DNA of 57,913 nucleotides, filler included, from Dimargaris cristalligena (taxonomy: Eukaryota), in the NCBI GenBank assembly GCA_003614675.1. It is 3 parts of 3 records of this genome, joined end to end, with 100 filler letters (N's around TTAATTAATTAA, not from the genome) between each part and the next. Parts side by side here need not be neighbours in the genome. Positions count along the whole stretch, not along the records: positions 1 to 19,259 come from ML002732.1; 2 more parts are not named here. One strand, written 5' to 3'. This document shows positions 1-13,446 of the stretch, one piece after another. Within the stretch, counting starts at the first letter, position 1. The number at the start of each line of letters is the position of its first letter. The notes under the pieces were generated by a model that saw only the letters and a program-made list of their open reading frames with translations, searched no databases and was not told the DNA's origin. The position numbers and the translations under genes were made by a program.

Positions 1-1548
1 GGCCTCTTTGCCGTCCCGGACCATAGGCAGCAGGAGGGTGTTGAGGTGCTCCAGAGTAAAACCAAAGGCCCGGAGACGGGGATCCTCGGCGACGCGGGTA
101 GCGTCTAGGGAGTGAGGGGTCAAGAAACCGGCCTCGCGGTACTGTTGGCGGATGGTGTCAATATGGAGACGCTGCTTGGAGACCCATTCGCCAAAGGGAC
201 GGCGCTGCGCCACGGTGCGTTTGAGCTCGGCGTCATCAACTATGCGACCCTCCACGGTGTCGACCAGCAGCATCTTACCGGGCTGCAGACGGCCCTTGCT
301 GGCCACATCGGCGGGGTCAATCTTAACTGCACCGACTTCACTGGCCACCACCATCAGACCCGACTTGGTGGTGTAGTAACGGCAAGGCCGCAGACCGTTA
401 CGGTCCAGGCAGGCACCGCAGTAGCGACCGTCCGAAAACGTGAAGAGAGCGGGACCATCCCAGGGCTCCATCAGAGTAGCGGCCCACTCGTAGAAGGCCT
501 TCTTGGTCGGGTCCATATCGGGATTGTTTTGCCAGGCCTCAGGCACCATGGTCATAACGGCTTCGGGCATCGACAATACACCGTTCATGACGAGAAGTTC
601 CAACACATTGTCAAAGGCCGCCGAGTCAGAACCGCCGTCCTCGATAATGGGGCACAGTTTCTCCAGGTCATCCCCGAAGAGTTCGCTGCGCATCACACCT
701 TCACGGGCCCGCATCCAGTTGCGGTTCCCGCGCAGGGTATTAATTTCACCATTGTGGGCGCACCACCGCAGGGGCTGGGCACGGTCCCAACTGGGGAAGG
801 TATTGGTAGAGAACCGGGAGTGAACCAGCGCGAAATGAGTCAGAAACTCGGGGTCGTTGAGATCGTAAAAGTAGCTCCGCACCTGCTTGGGGTTGAGCAG
901 GCCCTTGTAGATAATGTTCTTGTTGGATAGGGAGCAGATGTAAAACCACTTGGACAGGGTGATGGTATGGGTGGCGTGCTTACGCAGCACGTAGAGCTGG
1001 CACTCGAAGAGCCGGGCGTCAAAGGGGCCGGCGGACGGGTCGAGCACCACCAGGGGCTGAAGGATCCAGGGCTCCTTGGACAGGGTGGTAGGGCCCAGCA
1101 TGGAGTTATTCACCGGTACGTGACGCCAGCCCAGCACCCGTAGGCGGTGGGAGGCGGCAATCTGTTCAAAGACGGCGATGCACTCGTTGCGCACCGCAGC
1201 GTCACGGCTAAAGTAGATATTACCCGTGGCATATTGGCCAGCCGGGGGCAATTCCAGACCCTCCTGGGCGGCGAATTGCTTTTGGAGGAAGGTGTGAGGC
1301 AGGGCGGTCATGACACCCGCACCATCGCCGTCACGCACGTCGGCACCAGTGGCACCACGGTGGGTCATATTACACAACAGGTCTTCGGCATCGGTGAGGA
1401 TGGCATGGTTGGCGCGGCCTTTGATGTCGACAATGAAACCGACACCGCAGGCGTCCTTTTCAAGTTCAGGGTTGTAAAGACCCTGGGCCGGGGGCAGGGC
1501 GTCGGCCCAGGAGGAGGAAGCAGGCTGGGTCGCACCAGTACGGGTCAT
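1..1548 (-). CDS. GLT1: NADH-dependent glutamate synthase (GOGAT), N-terminal 516 codons, truncated at the window/contig edge
   Basis: Missing from the ORF track because it has no stop in the window. Manual translation from ATG 1548 gives MTRTGATQPASSSWADALPPAQGLYNPELEKDACGVGF...NMTHRGA...DGDGAG...HSRFSTNTFPSWDRAQP...HNGEINTLRGN, the class II (Ntn) amidotransferase domain of glutamate synthase. Confidence 0.97.
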   Translation of the reverse strand, partial: MTRTGATQPASSSWADALPPAQGLYNPELEKDACGVGFIVDIKGRANHAILTDAEDLLCNMTHRGATGADVRDGDGAGVMTALPHTFLQKQFAAQEGLELPPAGQYATGNIYFSRDAAVRNECIAVFEQIAASHRLRVLGWRHVPVNNSMLGPTTLSKEPWILQPLVVLDPSAGPFDARLFECQLYVLRKHATHTITLSKWFYICSLSNKNIIYKGLLNPKQVRSYFYDLNDPEFLTHFALVHSRFSTNTFPSWDRAQPLRWCAHNGEINTLRGNRNWMRAREGVMRSELFGDDLEKLCPIIEDGGSDSAAFDNVLELLVMNGVLSMPEAVMTMVPEAWQNNPDMDPTKKAFYEWAATLMEPWDGPALFTFSDGRYCGACLDRNGLRPCRYYTTKSGLMVVASEVGAVKIDPADVASKGRLQPGKMLLVDTVEGRIVDDAELKRTVAQRRPFGEWVSKQRLHIDTIRQQYREAGFLTPHSLDATRVAEDPRLRAFGFTLEHLNTLLLPMVRDGKEA

Positions 1549-1652
1549 AATGAGAGAACGGGAGTGGGGGAGGGGAAGGCGAGGAGGAGAGGGTAGATGT
1601 TTTAAATAATACGAGCGGGAACGAAGAACAGCACACAAAAGTTCAGCGGGAC

Positions 1653-2480
1653 CTAATAAAACGGTACTAGATAAATAATGTAAATGTATAAGGATGGGAA
1701 AGGAAATGCGAAGAAACCGAGAATTAATATAGACAAAGTCGATAAAAGAGTAAACGGATCTAATAGTCGCGGGTGGAGCGAAGGGTGTAAAAGGCGAGAA
1801 CTATCTAATGGGGATTAATGAGGAAAAGGACAGCTTGGCTAGATGGGGAGGATAGCGAGGGGATGTTGGGATATATATACGGGCGTGTGTATTATAAAAT
1901 GGTGTAACCAAAAGAGAGGTTAGTATGCTGGTGGATATCGCTGAATAGGAGGCCACATGCCTCGGAGGATACGGAAAATTAGCGAATGAGGACAGACCAC
2001 TCGGACCAAATTACCGAATGAAAGGATATCTCTCCCCTAGTTTCTTTTTGCTCATTCCTCAACCAATTCGATAGGGTGGGCAGTACTCTACCCCCCTTCT
2101 CCTCATGAGATCATCTGAGTAGCACAATTGAATGGCGAGTAACCGACCAAAAGTTCCAGTTTATCCAGTGTGAGTGCCATCTCAAAAGATAAAACGGGGT
2201 GTAACCAATATGGGTCTCACAACCCTGGACTGCCGCACCAGAAGAAGGGACACACAGCCCATAGGTGGTTTGTTTCCTCCCCAATCCTTTTCTACCCCAT
2301 TTTCCGTGGTTTGAAAAAGTGCGAAGGTGTGGATGGGGCCAGTGTGGGGCTGATGGAATGTGCCTGCGTCTTTCAAGGATCCAGGAGGGGGTGGAGAGAG
2401 AGCAACATATATATATATATATAAAAGAGACCCGGGAAAAATCTAGGGAATATATATTTTACATTAGGGGGGCTGCTTAC
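1653..2480 (-). other. Putative 5'-UTR intron of GLT1
   Basis: Minus-strand donor CAG|GTAAGC at 2480 and acceptor TTTTATTAG at 1653, followed by a pyrimidine-rich leader up to the ATG. Pairing these two sites is inference. Confidence 0.4.
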
Positions 2481-5400
2481 CTGAATTAACACGCCTACTG
2501 TTGCTTTTTTGAGGAAAGGTATATTATTAACTTTACACACACTTTCGCGCGCGCTATTCACTAATAACAGTCATGATGAACAGGGTGGAGGGGACCAACA
2601 GTGGAAGGGAGTGAGAAACCAATCGATAAGAGATGTGGCGTCAGAGAGAGAGATGGTGGCGAATGGCAGTCAACCCCGGTAATGTGGCGTATTATTTTAG
2701 CAGCAGGCCAGGTGGGGAAAATGAGATCGCGAGTATAGTGGAAATGATAACAGTATGCAGAGTATTATTGACGCAGTCGGTTATCCACATGAAATGAAAG
2801 GGGAAGGGTAGAAAGAGATTCGGTGCCAGAATCGGAGAACAGTCACAGTATAATAGCAGAAATAGTTGGAGAGATTAGAAACAGGATATTTTTATAGGAT
2901 GAATGGCGATTATTCGCTGGTACTGGGGGTGGGATAGGTGGTGGACAGCGGACTGGAAAGTTTGATTGCAAGGAATAAGTAAACCACCGGTTTACCAAGC
3001 AAAAGGTGACTAAACGGCATGTGTTATCCACTACCAGTTTAAATAAATCAATAGAATAGGCCCATCAAGGGAGAAGAGATCTTCACTAAAGCACAGTCAC
3101 ACGATTCTAGGGGCTGGCTATAGTTTATATTATGATTATATTACCTTGAGAATCACAGGAGCGCAATGGCAAAGGGATCCGAAGATGCGCACAGTCGAGC
3201 GAAAGTACAAAGACGCGAGGAAGGGATACGGGAATAGCAATATTTGAGGGAGAGAGAGAATATCTCTATTGATAAAAAGTGGGCAGTAGGAAAGGAAAAG
3301 GATAGCGGTATACAAAGACAGGCGTATCCGAGAAAAAGAGCAAATATAGCGAGAATAAAATAATGGACCAAGATGGTCAGAAAAGGAATAGGGGATGTCG
3401 AACGAGGCGAAGGAGGGGAGAGAGAGAGCAAAAGGGGCAGCTGGTTTCAAAATAACGGCAACCAAGACCACTCGAGAATAAGGCGGGTTTCAAATTTGAT
3501 AAGATGGTGCAGTGATGAAATAGCAGGACCAGGTGAGTCACACACAGGGTACGAAAAGTATACGCGACGGAGGAGGAGTATAATAGCTGAGTGAGAGGAT
3601 ATGGCAAGGAAAGCGGAGATAAGTAGTAGATGGATGAGTTAATACATGTACGTAGAAAAACAAGGCCAAGGAGAGTGAGAGAAGAGATAGGAGAGGAGGG
3701 GGAGGGGAATGGTACAGTGAGGAAGAGATGTCTGTAGTGTATATGCGCGAAAGGCAAAATGCGTTGAGGGAAAGATAAAGCCGCCGAACCAGCGCTGTAG
3801 AACCGGGGAGCCCATGCCCTTTTATACGGAAGGCGGAGAGGTAAGAGGCATACAGATAGTGTGAGTAAAACTGGAATGACGGCAGCGATGGGTCTCCCTC
3901 TCTATATGCGCATCTTCTCAACTGCGTTGGCCTGTGATGAAGGGAAGGAGACGACCACACCCAATGCGCATAATCACCCTGCATTCAACAAGCTGGCGGG
4001 GGGATTTATTTCACAGGTATGCATACAATCTTAACCCTCCGATCCTCTCTCTCTCTCTCTCTCTTTCTTTCGTTCTCCTCCGTCTTGTCGTGTCCGTTGT
4101 CCAGGCCTTGGGAGGAGTTTTTTCCCGGTTGAAACAAAGCGGCCCAGGTCCTCATGATTGGCAGACCATCCCGACCAGGCGAGACGGGGATTACCTTCTC
4201 CCATACGCCCGAGTCTAGCTGAAGGAAAGCAGAGATGGGCCACCGGCTCAGTTTACATGGAACCGGAAAGGGTGCCAAATGGGAGGAAGTGGTATATAGC
4301 CCAAGGCCGCGGCTCGAAGCGCATATAGCCATTGGAGACATTATGCGTCGGGTGCGATCCTACGTCCATTCCTCCATTTGTAATACGGATTTAGCATTCC
4401 TGAAGAACCAAGGGATATAGTCGAATACGCCAAAACCTCTTTGGTCCCGATTAGCCCGTTTGCATCATACAGACGACTCGTTTATTATCTACCTATATAT
4501 ATATATATACTTATTTATATACTGGTAGGCCCTAGGCCGGTCACAAGTACCCCGTTCGTCTGAACCGTCCGTAGAGCAGTTGACCTGGCGGGGCTACATT
4601 GAGCCAGAGTAGACCGGTAAGAAATGCCACTACCCCCAACCCGACTTCCTAACGTATAGCAGCCATACACCACCACCTCTCCCCGGGCCATAAAAATCTG
4701 CCCAGGACCCTCCTCCTCGATATCTACACCGTCCTCACCCTCTGCTTGCCCCACGTAAAGGGAGGGGGGGTATTTGCATTAGTGTGACCGCCCCTCCCCC
4801 TCTCTGCAGTAGGAACCCAGTTTGTTGGTAGGGCTCATGAAATGACCCATTTTTGCAACCAGCCGCATAATGACTCCTCAATACTGTACTATGATATGAT
4901 TGCCAGCAGATAAAGTAATGCGGTCCGCAGGAATGAAAAAAAAAATGGCTTACGCATATTCACTAAGGGTTGGGTCCTTTGGAAGATATACCACACCACC
5001 CAATCACGCGTGAGACCACAGGGAAGAAATGAGAAATGTCCTCTTTCCCTCCCAAACTATAACATGTTTCTAGTTTGGGAATATTAGCCATTAAACCACC
5101 AGGACGCTGTATGACTTGAGCAACAAGGGATGGGTGGTGGTTGGTTAGATTTGGTTTCTGGATTTTCCGGGGCTGTCTACTATTTGGTGTATTAAACCTT
5201 TCCATCTCGTATCAAAGAATTGGAGAAGAAGCATGGCGGCCATTCATTCATTCAATTACCCATTTACCAAGGTAAGTAAGAAAATAAGTGAGCCGGTCAA
5301 TGGTTGGGGCCGTGCTCCACTTTATCGGCTAAACAAATTGGCGACTTTCCCGGGATACCGCGATTGGGTCTTGAATCAACTAGAGCTATACTACCCCTCC

Positions 5401-8400
5401 CTTTTCTTTTCCACACACAAGCACACTTAGAAATCGCCCCCTCCCCCTCACCAATATCGCCCAGTTGTCCGAAAATGACCTCCGTTTTCGTGAGATCCGG
5501 ACCACCTCAGAGACTACGGCTCACTGACAAACACAAGAAGACATGTTGGTCGCACATTCACCAATTCACTCTACTACCCTCTAAAGGTTCTTAGTACAAC
5601 CCCACCCCCAAACGATGTGGCGTTTTGCTTTCATTAGACCCACCATTAGTAAGGCATTTTTACGCGTACCGCGCAATCCGCAGTCAAGGTAAGCGTTACT
5701 CTCTATACCACAGCCCCAGCCTCCGAAACAAAAGGATTGGGAAGCGGGGGAGGGGGGGTTGTACGCAGCTTAGAAAACTGGTGTTTCCCTGCCGACTAAA
5801 GTGGATGATACTATCGAATAGGCCATCTGAAAGATATTGGCGGAGAAGAGGGGAGCGTCGAGCTTAATAGATAGAGAGGGCTTGTGATTTAAATGAGACT
5901 AATATGGTATGTTAAAATGGGGTAAATACTGATAATATTAACATCACTGTCCGTTGCCTATTGGGTAGTGCGAGAAGTGCTGGTGGAGGTTGTCCAACGA
6001 GGAGGATGGAACCACACGGGGCTCCGGTTGCACCCGACGGAACCAATCACATTGGCCGGTCACCATGCCACTCGGAACCCCACTCCACCAGAAACTATAC
6101 CGACAACGACGCTTGAAATCAGAATAGTAAGAGACGTAGGGGGGGGGATGGGGTTCCGGTTTGAATTGGGGAGGGGAAAGGAAGAGGAGGACGTTCACGC
6201 TCTGGAAGATTACAAATATAGAAGCGATATTGGGGAATAAGCGGGTGATATAATAGTATATCCCTACTCCCAATAGAATATTAGAGCTCTTCCAATCCCT
6301 CTCCCCTAGTACTAGTAGTACAGAGCTATATAGTCCGTGTGGACTGATGGAAAAGTGGTTGGGGGGGGTAAAGAGAGAAAAAGAGGAGAGGTTATATACC
6401 AAGACTCATCTTGTCCTGGTTTTGCGACTGAGGGGGGATAAAGCATCCATGGGGCATGCCACAGTAGGCTAAGTGGGGACATTGCCTTTTTCGTACAGCG
6501 CTAGTTTAGGTAACACATATTTTTTCGCTGAATATCATTTGGCTATTTACCAATGATTCTCGCTAGAGATGGCCTGACTACTAATTATTCTCACTATTAG
6601 AACTACTCCACTCAAACCCTGGTCTCCTAGTGAAACCCTGCTACTGGTCAAGCAAATCCATAGGTGAGTGAGAAATACATGGCAGTGAGAAATTAGAGAT
6701 CAGCCGCCCTTACGGATGACGGTTGTGGTCATCATCCTCCCATTGACTGCTGCCATCATTTTTTAAGGATCAACTTTCATCTTATCTGTTGATAGTGTAC
6801 AATTGAGGCGGTCATTACCCTAGTGACTTCATTTTCCCATACCTCACTAACCTATTTCTGCAGACCCCCATCATATATTATATTAAAATATGGTATAGTA
6901 TGGGGTAAGGGTAGCGCGTTGTGGGTCAACCTCCCACACTTCTTGCTGCATTCACTTTATATATATATATTGATATCATTGGAATACACCAATGCGCTCT
7001 TATTTCAGAGTTCGGATGAAACGACTGTCGTGCCTATTATCCACCTTGGTACATGTACACACACCCTCCCTCTCATGGCATTTAGGATATAACGAATGAT
7101 AGACCAGCTGCACCGATTCATGACGTTAAGCTTACGGGTGCACCTTTACTCCAGGGGAGAAAGGAGGTGACCTGTCAAAGCCACACCCGATGCTAAGGTT
7201 AAGTTAGCCTGTCTTTCTCTGACCTCATATTACCAGGGCCCGCAGTATGCAAGGGTAGAGCGCCGGAAATGGGAGTCATCTGAGCTCCTCACTATTCAGC
7301 CTTTGGCCGATTCTCGCTCGACCCGCATGCCTCTTCCTCCTCAAAGGGAGGGTACCTGTGGCAGCTTCATCAGGTAAACTAATGTCCAGTATATGATGGA
7401 TCTACTTGTCGGAATCTCTCTCATCGTGCTTTCCAACGTCATCGCTAGGGACACCGATGCAGCGATTAATGCACCTAGGCTGGGCTCGGCAGTGTTAGGT
7501 GGAATTGGAAGGGAGAGGTGGTGCATTTTGGCATGTGGGGCATCCACCATTTCTTCCCTCTGTCTAATCAGGCCCCATCTCACACCAATAGCGGAGTAGG
7601 AGTCGGATGCAGTTTTAAGCATGTCGGGGTAGGTAAACGTAAAAAAACACGCGGTAGGCGATGTTTATCTAATCCCAACTTATTATACTTACTCGTATAT
7701 ATCTCCTGTAGCCCCCTCCTCCCATCTCGAAAATCCAGCCTCGTGATAGGCCATAAAAATAATAGAGCACTATAATACCCCACTTCTCCCCGAAGAAACC
7801 GCCACCTAAACCGTGGTTGGTTGCAGCGGGGGTCGGGTAAATGATATTATCCACCAATGTTGAGACCCAAGGGATCGATTAAAAGGAAGAAACCAGTCAA
7901 ATCGGATTGAGGGGTATTTTGGAAAAATCTATCTCCCTCCCGCCTACTGATCACAGTTGATAAGAGAAGGCAGCTAGAAACCCAGGGCCGCCGATGCATG
8001 GCAACCGGTGCGTTCCGATACGGAGCCTGGTTCAATAGATCTATTATGCACCTGCCTCTGTCTACCACCCCCTCCCTCTCCGGCTTGTTCCTAACTCAAA
8101 CCCTCAACCACGCCGCAGATAAGAGATAAGGCAAGGGTGCTAATATCATTCATTAATCTTAATTAGAAAGCCGGTGAGCCATTCTTCCTCCTCCCGCGCT
8201 TACTTTCCCCGTTCTGGTTCAATTTAGCTAAACCTATCCGGTGGTTGGGATATATAGTTACATCTCCACCTGGCCTCGGACGTAAACCCATTGCTTGACT
8301 CCCCCCCTCCAATGAGACGACTAGGCAATTTCGGCCAAAAGGGGTTATATATATATATATATATTATAATATATTATATTTCAATGGGAATCTTAAACGA

Positions 8401-11400
8401 GATTGAATAGTCCATTGGTGGTCATTTACGTAAGCCCAGGCAAAAATGGGTTGGCCATTCAGTGTGCAGTAGGGTGGGGAGGGAAAACTGCACGCCCGCA
8501 CCATCATTCTGGCTTACCCTAGCTTTACACAGGTCCCGCCCATACATTTTTTAACTGATACTCTTATACCGAGACTCGACAATGATAAGCCAATCCGCCT
8601 AAACACGAATCTGATCATAACTTGGTTGACGTAGCTTACATTAAGGTGCCTCAGGCATGCATAGATTAGTCACAAACTGATATTGGCCACAAATCTAACT
8701 CAATGAAATGCGGGCGGTGTATAGGGACAATATATTGTCGTTATATGAATTGATAGCTTAAAGGCCAATTTTTTTAAAAATGTCAGGCCTATAATCTAAA
8801 CGAAACCAATAATGTGCAACTGTTGGGTCTCTTTTGATTAACAGGTAACTTAAAGCCACATATGTGATGAACCAGTCAGCTCATATTGAATTGTTTGATT
8901 AAAAACTGTCGAAAAATAAAAGATCAGCAGTTATACTTGGTACTACCTATTTTTAATACAATAACCATATCCCATATTTTATAGTTAATATTTCCGCTAT
9001 TGAATAGCAGCAACTGCCTATTTATCGAAACTAATGTTGCAGTTAATCTGTCTAGTCTCGTAATTAGGCCATGCCATGGAGTTCCCGCTTAAAGCAGCCC
9101 GGTGAGTCATCCTGACGGGGAATTGTCAAAGTGAACCACAATGAGGGGGGGGGGGGGGGTTGACGCAAGGAGATTGCCGCTAGTTTGCGCTTCTAGATGA
9201 TTTATAATGCGACAACGTGCCGTGTAGACCTAACCCGATAGGAGAGAGCCTAATGGGCCAACTATCTGGCCTATAACCGGAACGGGAAATCGAACTACGC
9301 CAGCGATGGGGAAAACTTTTACTGCTCCAGTGGAACGATTAGCGCCAGTTGCAAACTTCCAGGAGACGCAAGGGGGCAGTCACCGCTCCCTTAGTGTGGT
9401 AGTATGGGGCAGCCACTAGCCGTTGGCATCGCTAACTCGTGCACCAGCTGGGTCTTCAAACGCCAGCGACTGGTTCCGCCCCCAGGGGCTCGGGCTGGAC
9501 ATCTAGGATGGCCTAGCGTCAATCCAGTGGGATTGCTTGAACCAGCTGGTAGGGATTGGGCATAATAAATGGCCCATAGGCTGATGGTATCCGCTGGGCT
9601 CTCCTCCGCCAATCACCGCCACCACGTTGGAAGGGGGGTCGCACGGTAAACTAGAGAGATGCATTGGTTGGATTGCTTGGCAGGCTAAGTGGCCGCCCTT
9701 CCCATATGGACTGCTACCCAAATCTGGGCGCACGACCTGTCAGGCGAATTGGGCTATTGGGTGGGATAGAACTAATAAAAATCCACTAGCATGGCAAACT
9801 TTGGCACTAGCGCGGATGTTTAAAATAAGCGAAATATACCCCAAGGCGATTGGCGTATTTCGCGGTGCCCAGTTATTTAATGAAGTGTTAATGATTAATC
9901 AATACCATTATATCATTTTCATGATTTTACCAACACTGCTTTATGGCAATATTGGCTATCGATAGGATTTATTTATCAAGTTCGGTTCGCAATACCAGTT
10001 CATTGCACCCAGCGACTATGTATTCAAGAGGAACCTAGCTACCAGCCCCCTGTGAAGTCCTTTCAAACTGTGATAAAGTGGCCGACTTCGACTAAACCAG
10101 TAGCCTGCCAGGGCATCTTAACGACACTTTTCCCCCTAGGCTTTACCATCTGCGATTGCGACTCCACGGCCAGTCACTGACGATCTAACATGCCTTCCAT
10201 GCCCCCATCGAAGGCAGTGTGCCCTTGGTGGCCAACCTCCCTTCGCTCTTCACCAATTCCGCCCCCACTCATATCTGATTAGGAAGCCCCTTTTTTTGAG
10301 ACGCCAAGGAACTTCAGAGAGCACACACGCCTGGGCTCTTAACCAGTGTCAATCTTCAAAGCAATTGATAGGGATGTAAGTCATGTAGCATTATTTGGCG
10401 GGGCCGATATGGGTGAAGCCGAAACCAAAATGTACCTTTCTGGCGATAAATATTTAAACCATGGGGTTACTTCCCCAACCACTAAAAATATAGGAGCCAC
10501 TTTATTCGTGAAGACTTTCTCCCAGGAAGCCACGGGCCCCGTATACCACGTAATCGACCGGAAAGCCTCTTAATAGCCCCAATAAAAGGGTGCTGCAGTA
10601 ATGGGGACAAAGAGGCGCCAGTTAAACCTGGCCAACCCGGCACCAGGTCGCACCAATTTAGACATCTCATTTATCGTACTAGTTATACTCCGGGGGGGAT
10701 GCGAACCAAAAACTATGGGTTGGTCCGAATATTCTGACCAGCATTTATGATTGGATATTGGCGATAGACAAATATCCCCAGTAGCCCCCAACCGACTAGG
10801 TTGTATCACTGCACCCGGTATGGCATGTGGAGCAAGGTACAAGGACAAAAGCCGATTCCCCCGGGAAAATAGGAGGCTGTTATAAATTGACTATGCACCG
10901 CCCATTGCCTCACCTGTTAACGGCTGCTGACCTGCCTAATGGAAGAAGACATAAGTAAGATCGAAAAGAAGGCAAGGGGCCCCAGAAATAGGAAGGTCTC
11001 CAGGATTGGGTGATCTTACTCTTCTACCCGACAGTACTGCTATGAAGATCAGCCGTATGGCAAAGTTTGGTAAGAAATGATAAGGGCTAGAGAGGTATGT
11101 ACTCAGCCGCATCGTTTAAACCCTATGCTCAATTGGGTTTGCAATAGTTTGATGACTGGGTGCAAAATTAATTGCTGCCTTTTCTGACTTGTCGGCCAAT
11201 GCCTTGGACCTTCTCTACACGCTCTACTTCCTGTGCTCCAGTCATTTTATTTTATCTAATAGCAATATGTTCTCATGGACAGTGGCCAATAGCACCTTGG
11301 ACTAACGACCAGTCAAATATGTATTATACCCTTATATATTTGCGGCGGGGGCTTCAAGTATAGGCCTGATTCAAATGATTACCGCTGGTATACCCACCCA

Positions 11401-13446
11401 GTACGTCGAGAGACTTACCAAACTTCACATATGGTGCGCCTTAGCTATCCTACCTCCACTCTTAAAAACCACTGGTGCACTCTAAAGTGTTTCCCCCCTA
11501 TACCTAGTCTGAGCCAAATAACCTGCTTACTTGCAAATCACCAAAGATTTCCTACAGGAAGAAAGTGGGCCTGGCTAAGCACCATTAGTCTAACTTAGTT
11601 CGACCCGGTCGGTTAAATTGGCCACAGAGTAGTTTGCTACAACCTCGACCTCGCCAACCCCTGAAGGGTGCTGGTTAGCCATCTATTCGCTACATACCTG
11701 ACCTCAGCCCTATACGCACAGCGACTCCATATCAATGTGTATTAGCCCCCAATCGGCGACTGGTGATCCAATTTTAAATGTGAAGGGATCTGCCTCACCT
11801 ATTCCCCAGCTACTATTGTCGCAACTGGGCTTCAGTCTTGAACTAGTGTCTATGTTTGAGGGAATTAAAATCAGCCGAATTGGCAAGGGAATGCACTCCC
11901 CGCAATTTCTCTAGATAGGTAGATCGGCGGATCTATTAAACACAGACAATTTAGTTTCGATGATCCCCCAAGTACTGGAGGTCTTTTCCTTGGCCTACCT
12001 TGCCTCATGGCCGAAATCTGACTACGAAAAAGTTTTCCAGGTGATATACCATCTTGCCAGTCGAGGCCATCAGGGGGGAAATCGGGTCCGTAAACATTGG
12101 TACAGGTTCATATGACCAATCAGGTACATTTGCTCAGGGGGTAATGCGGGGATGAATTGCGGGGGAGGTAGAGGCCACAAGATATCTGCATGACATGTAC
12201 CACTTTAGCCGCCTGGCGAGCTGGTTTGGCGGCCTATGGTGCCAGGTAATCCAGTGGACGTGTATCCCACTAAGCTACAGTTCCATAATGCACTCGAGTT
12301 CAAGCTAGGGTGTATGGAATGGATACCGGCTGCTAGAAGGTGTGGGTTTCGAAGGCTCCTGGGCGGACTCCTCCCATGGCCCTATAATTCCTAAGAATAA
12401 CCGTGGCCTCCCTCCTACGTCTGTTTGCAGCCGGTGGTTGAATTGGCTGATGTACTACCTCCCTCCTGGCCGCTATATATTGTCGATCAGTCGAAATGAG
12501 TTCATTAGCGGTTAGGGGAGGGGGTTGTAAGAGTGAAGTATTTCGATTAAAAGGAGGGTTGTTGTAATGAAGCAACACCGGTCCGAATGATTTACCAAGG
12601 GGACATCTCCTACCCGTATGTTGTGAAGAACACGACATGCGGACCACTGAAAAGCATCGCCAGGAACAGGAGCCTATGCAGAGGCTGGGACATTGCCTTA
12701 TGCAGCACCTTGGTGTCCAGGACGACCTTTATTATTTACATTTGTTGTTCTGAGAGTCGACAAATTCCGTTACCGGGTGTTCACATTACTACACCTTGGT
12801 AGGAGTGTAGCTCCGGTTTGGACGCCCCTAATGAGTTCCCCCAACACTGCGGCGGGGCGTGCCGTGGCCAGAGACACTCATGATGTGGGAGATTCCCCTG
12901 ACTCGATGGAAACTGTGGATGACTCAAACATTTCATACTTTTTCAGGGGGACTAGGGGGTAATAATTTGGTAAAACAGGTAGGAGGTGAGGTAAATAACC
13001 AAATTTGCATCTACATCGGTACCATGCGTTGAGGCCATATCAGAAATCCGAGGACTGTTTGAATTTGGCTACCCGTGAAGCCATTCACCTATCAAGGAGT
13101 ACAAAGCATCCGAAGTGCAAGCGGTGGACTCCGGTTAGAAGGTAGAATAGGTAGGTGGTGGTGGCTGCTACCTCTGAGTAAATGGATCCAGACTAATGAC
13201 CATGGTGAGCCAATCCACCTCCTCAGTCGAGCCAGGTATTGTCGAGGTATATAAGATCGAATGCCCTGCGCCAATTGCCTTTATCTTCAGCTCCAGTAGT
13301 CCATAAAATCAGTTCCTTCTTCATCTGTAGTTTATCTGTAAACCTATAGGTATTCATCATACATTATCTTATTTTCGAATCCTCCCAAAATTCGGTAAAC
13401 CCCCCTATCCCCTCTCCAATCCCAATACCCAGCCTCATTAATCAAC

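Noticed and set aside
112-1596. Plus-strand ORFs 112-930 and 1147-1596
   Set aside because: Antisense shadows of GLT1 caused by codon bias.
11702-12115. Two same-frame open stretches separated by one TAG at 11912 (possible pseudogene)
   Set aside because: Each is only about 65-70 codons and I recognise no family. It needs TBLASTN/HMM support.
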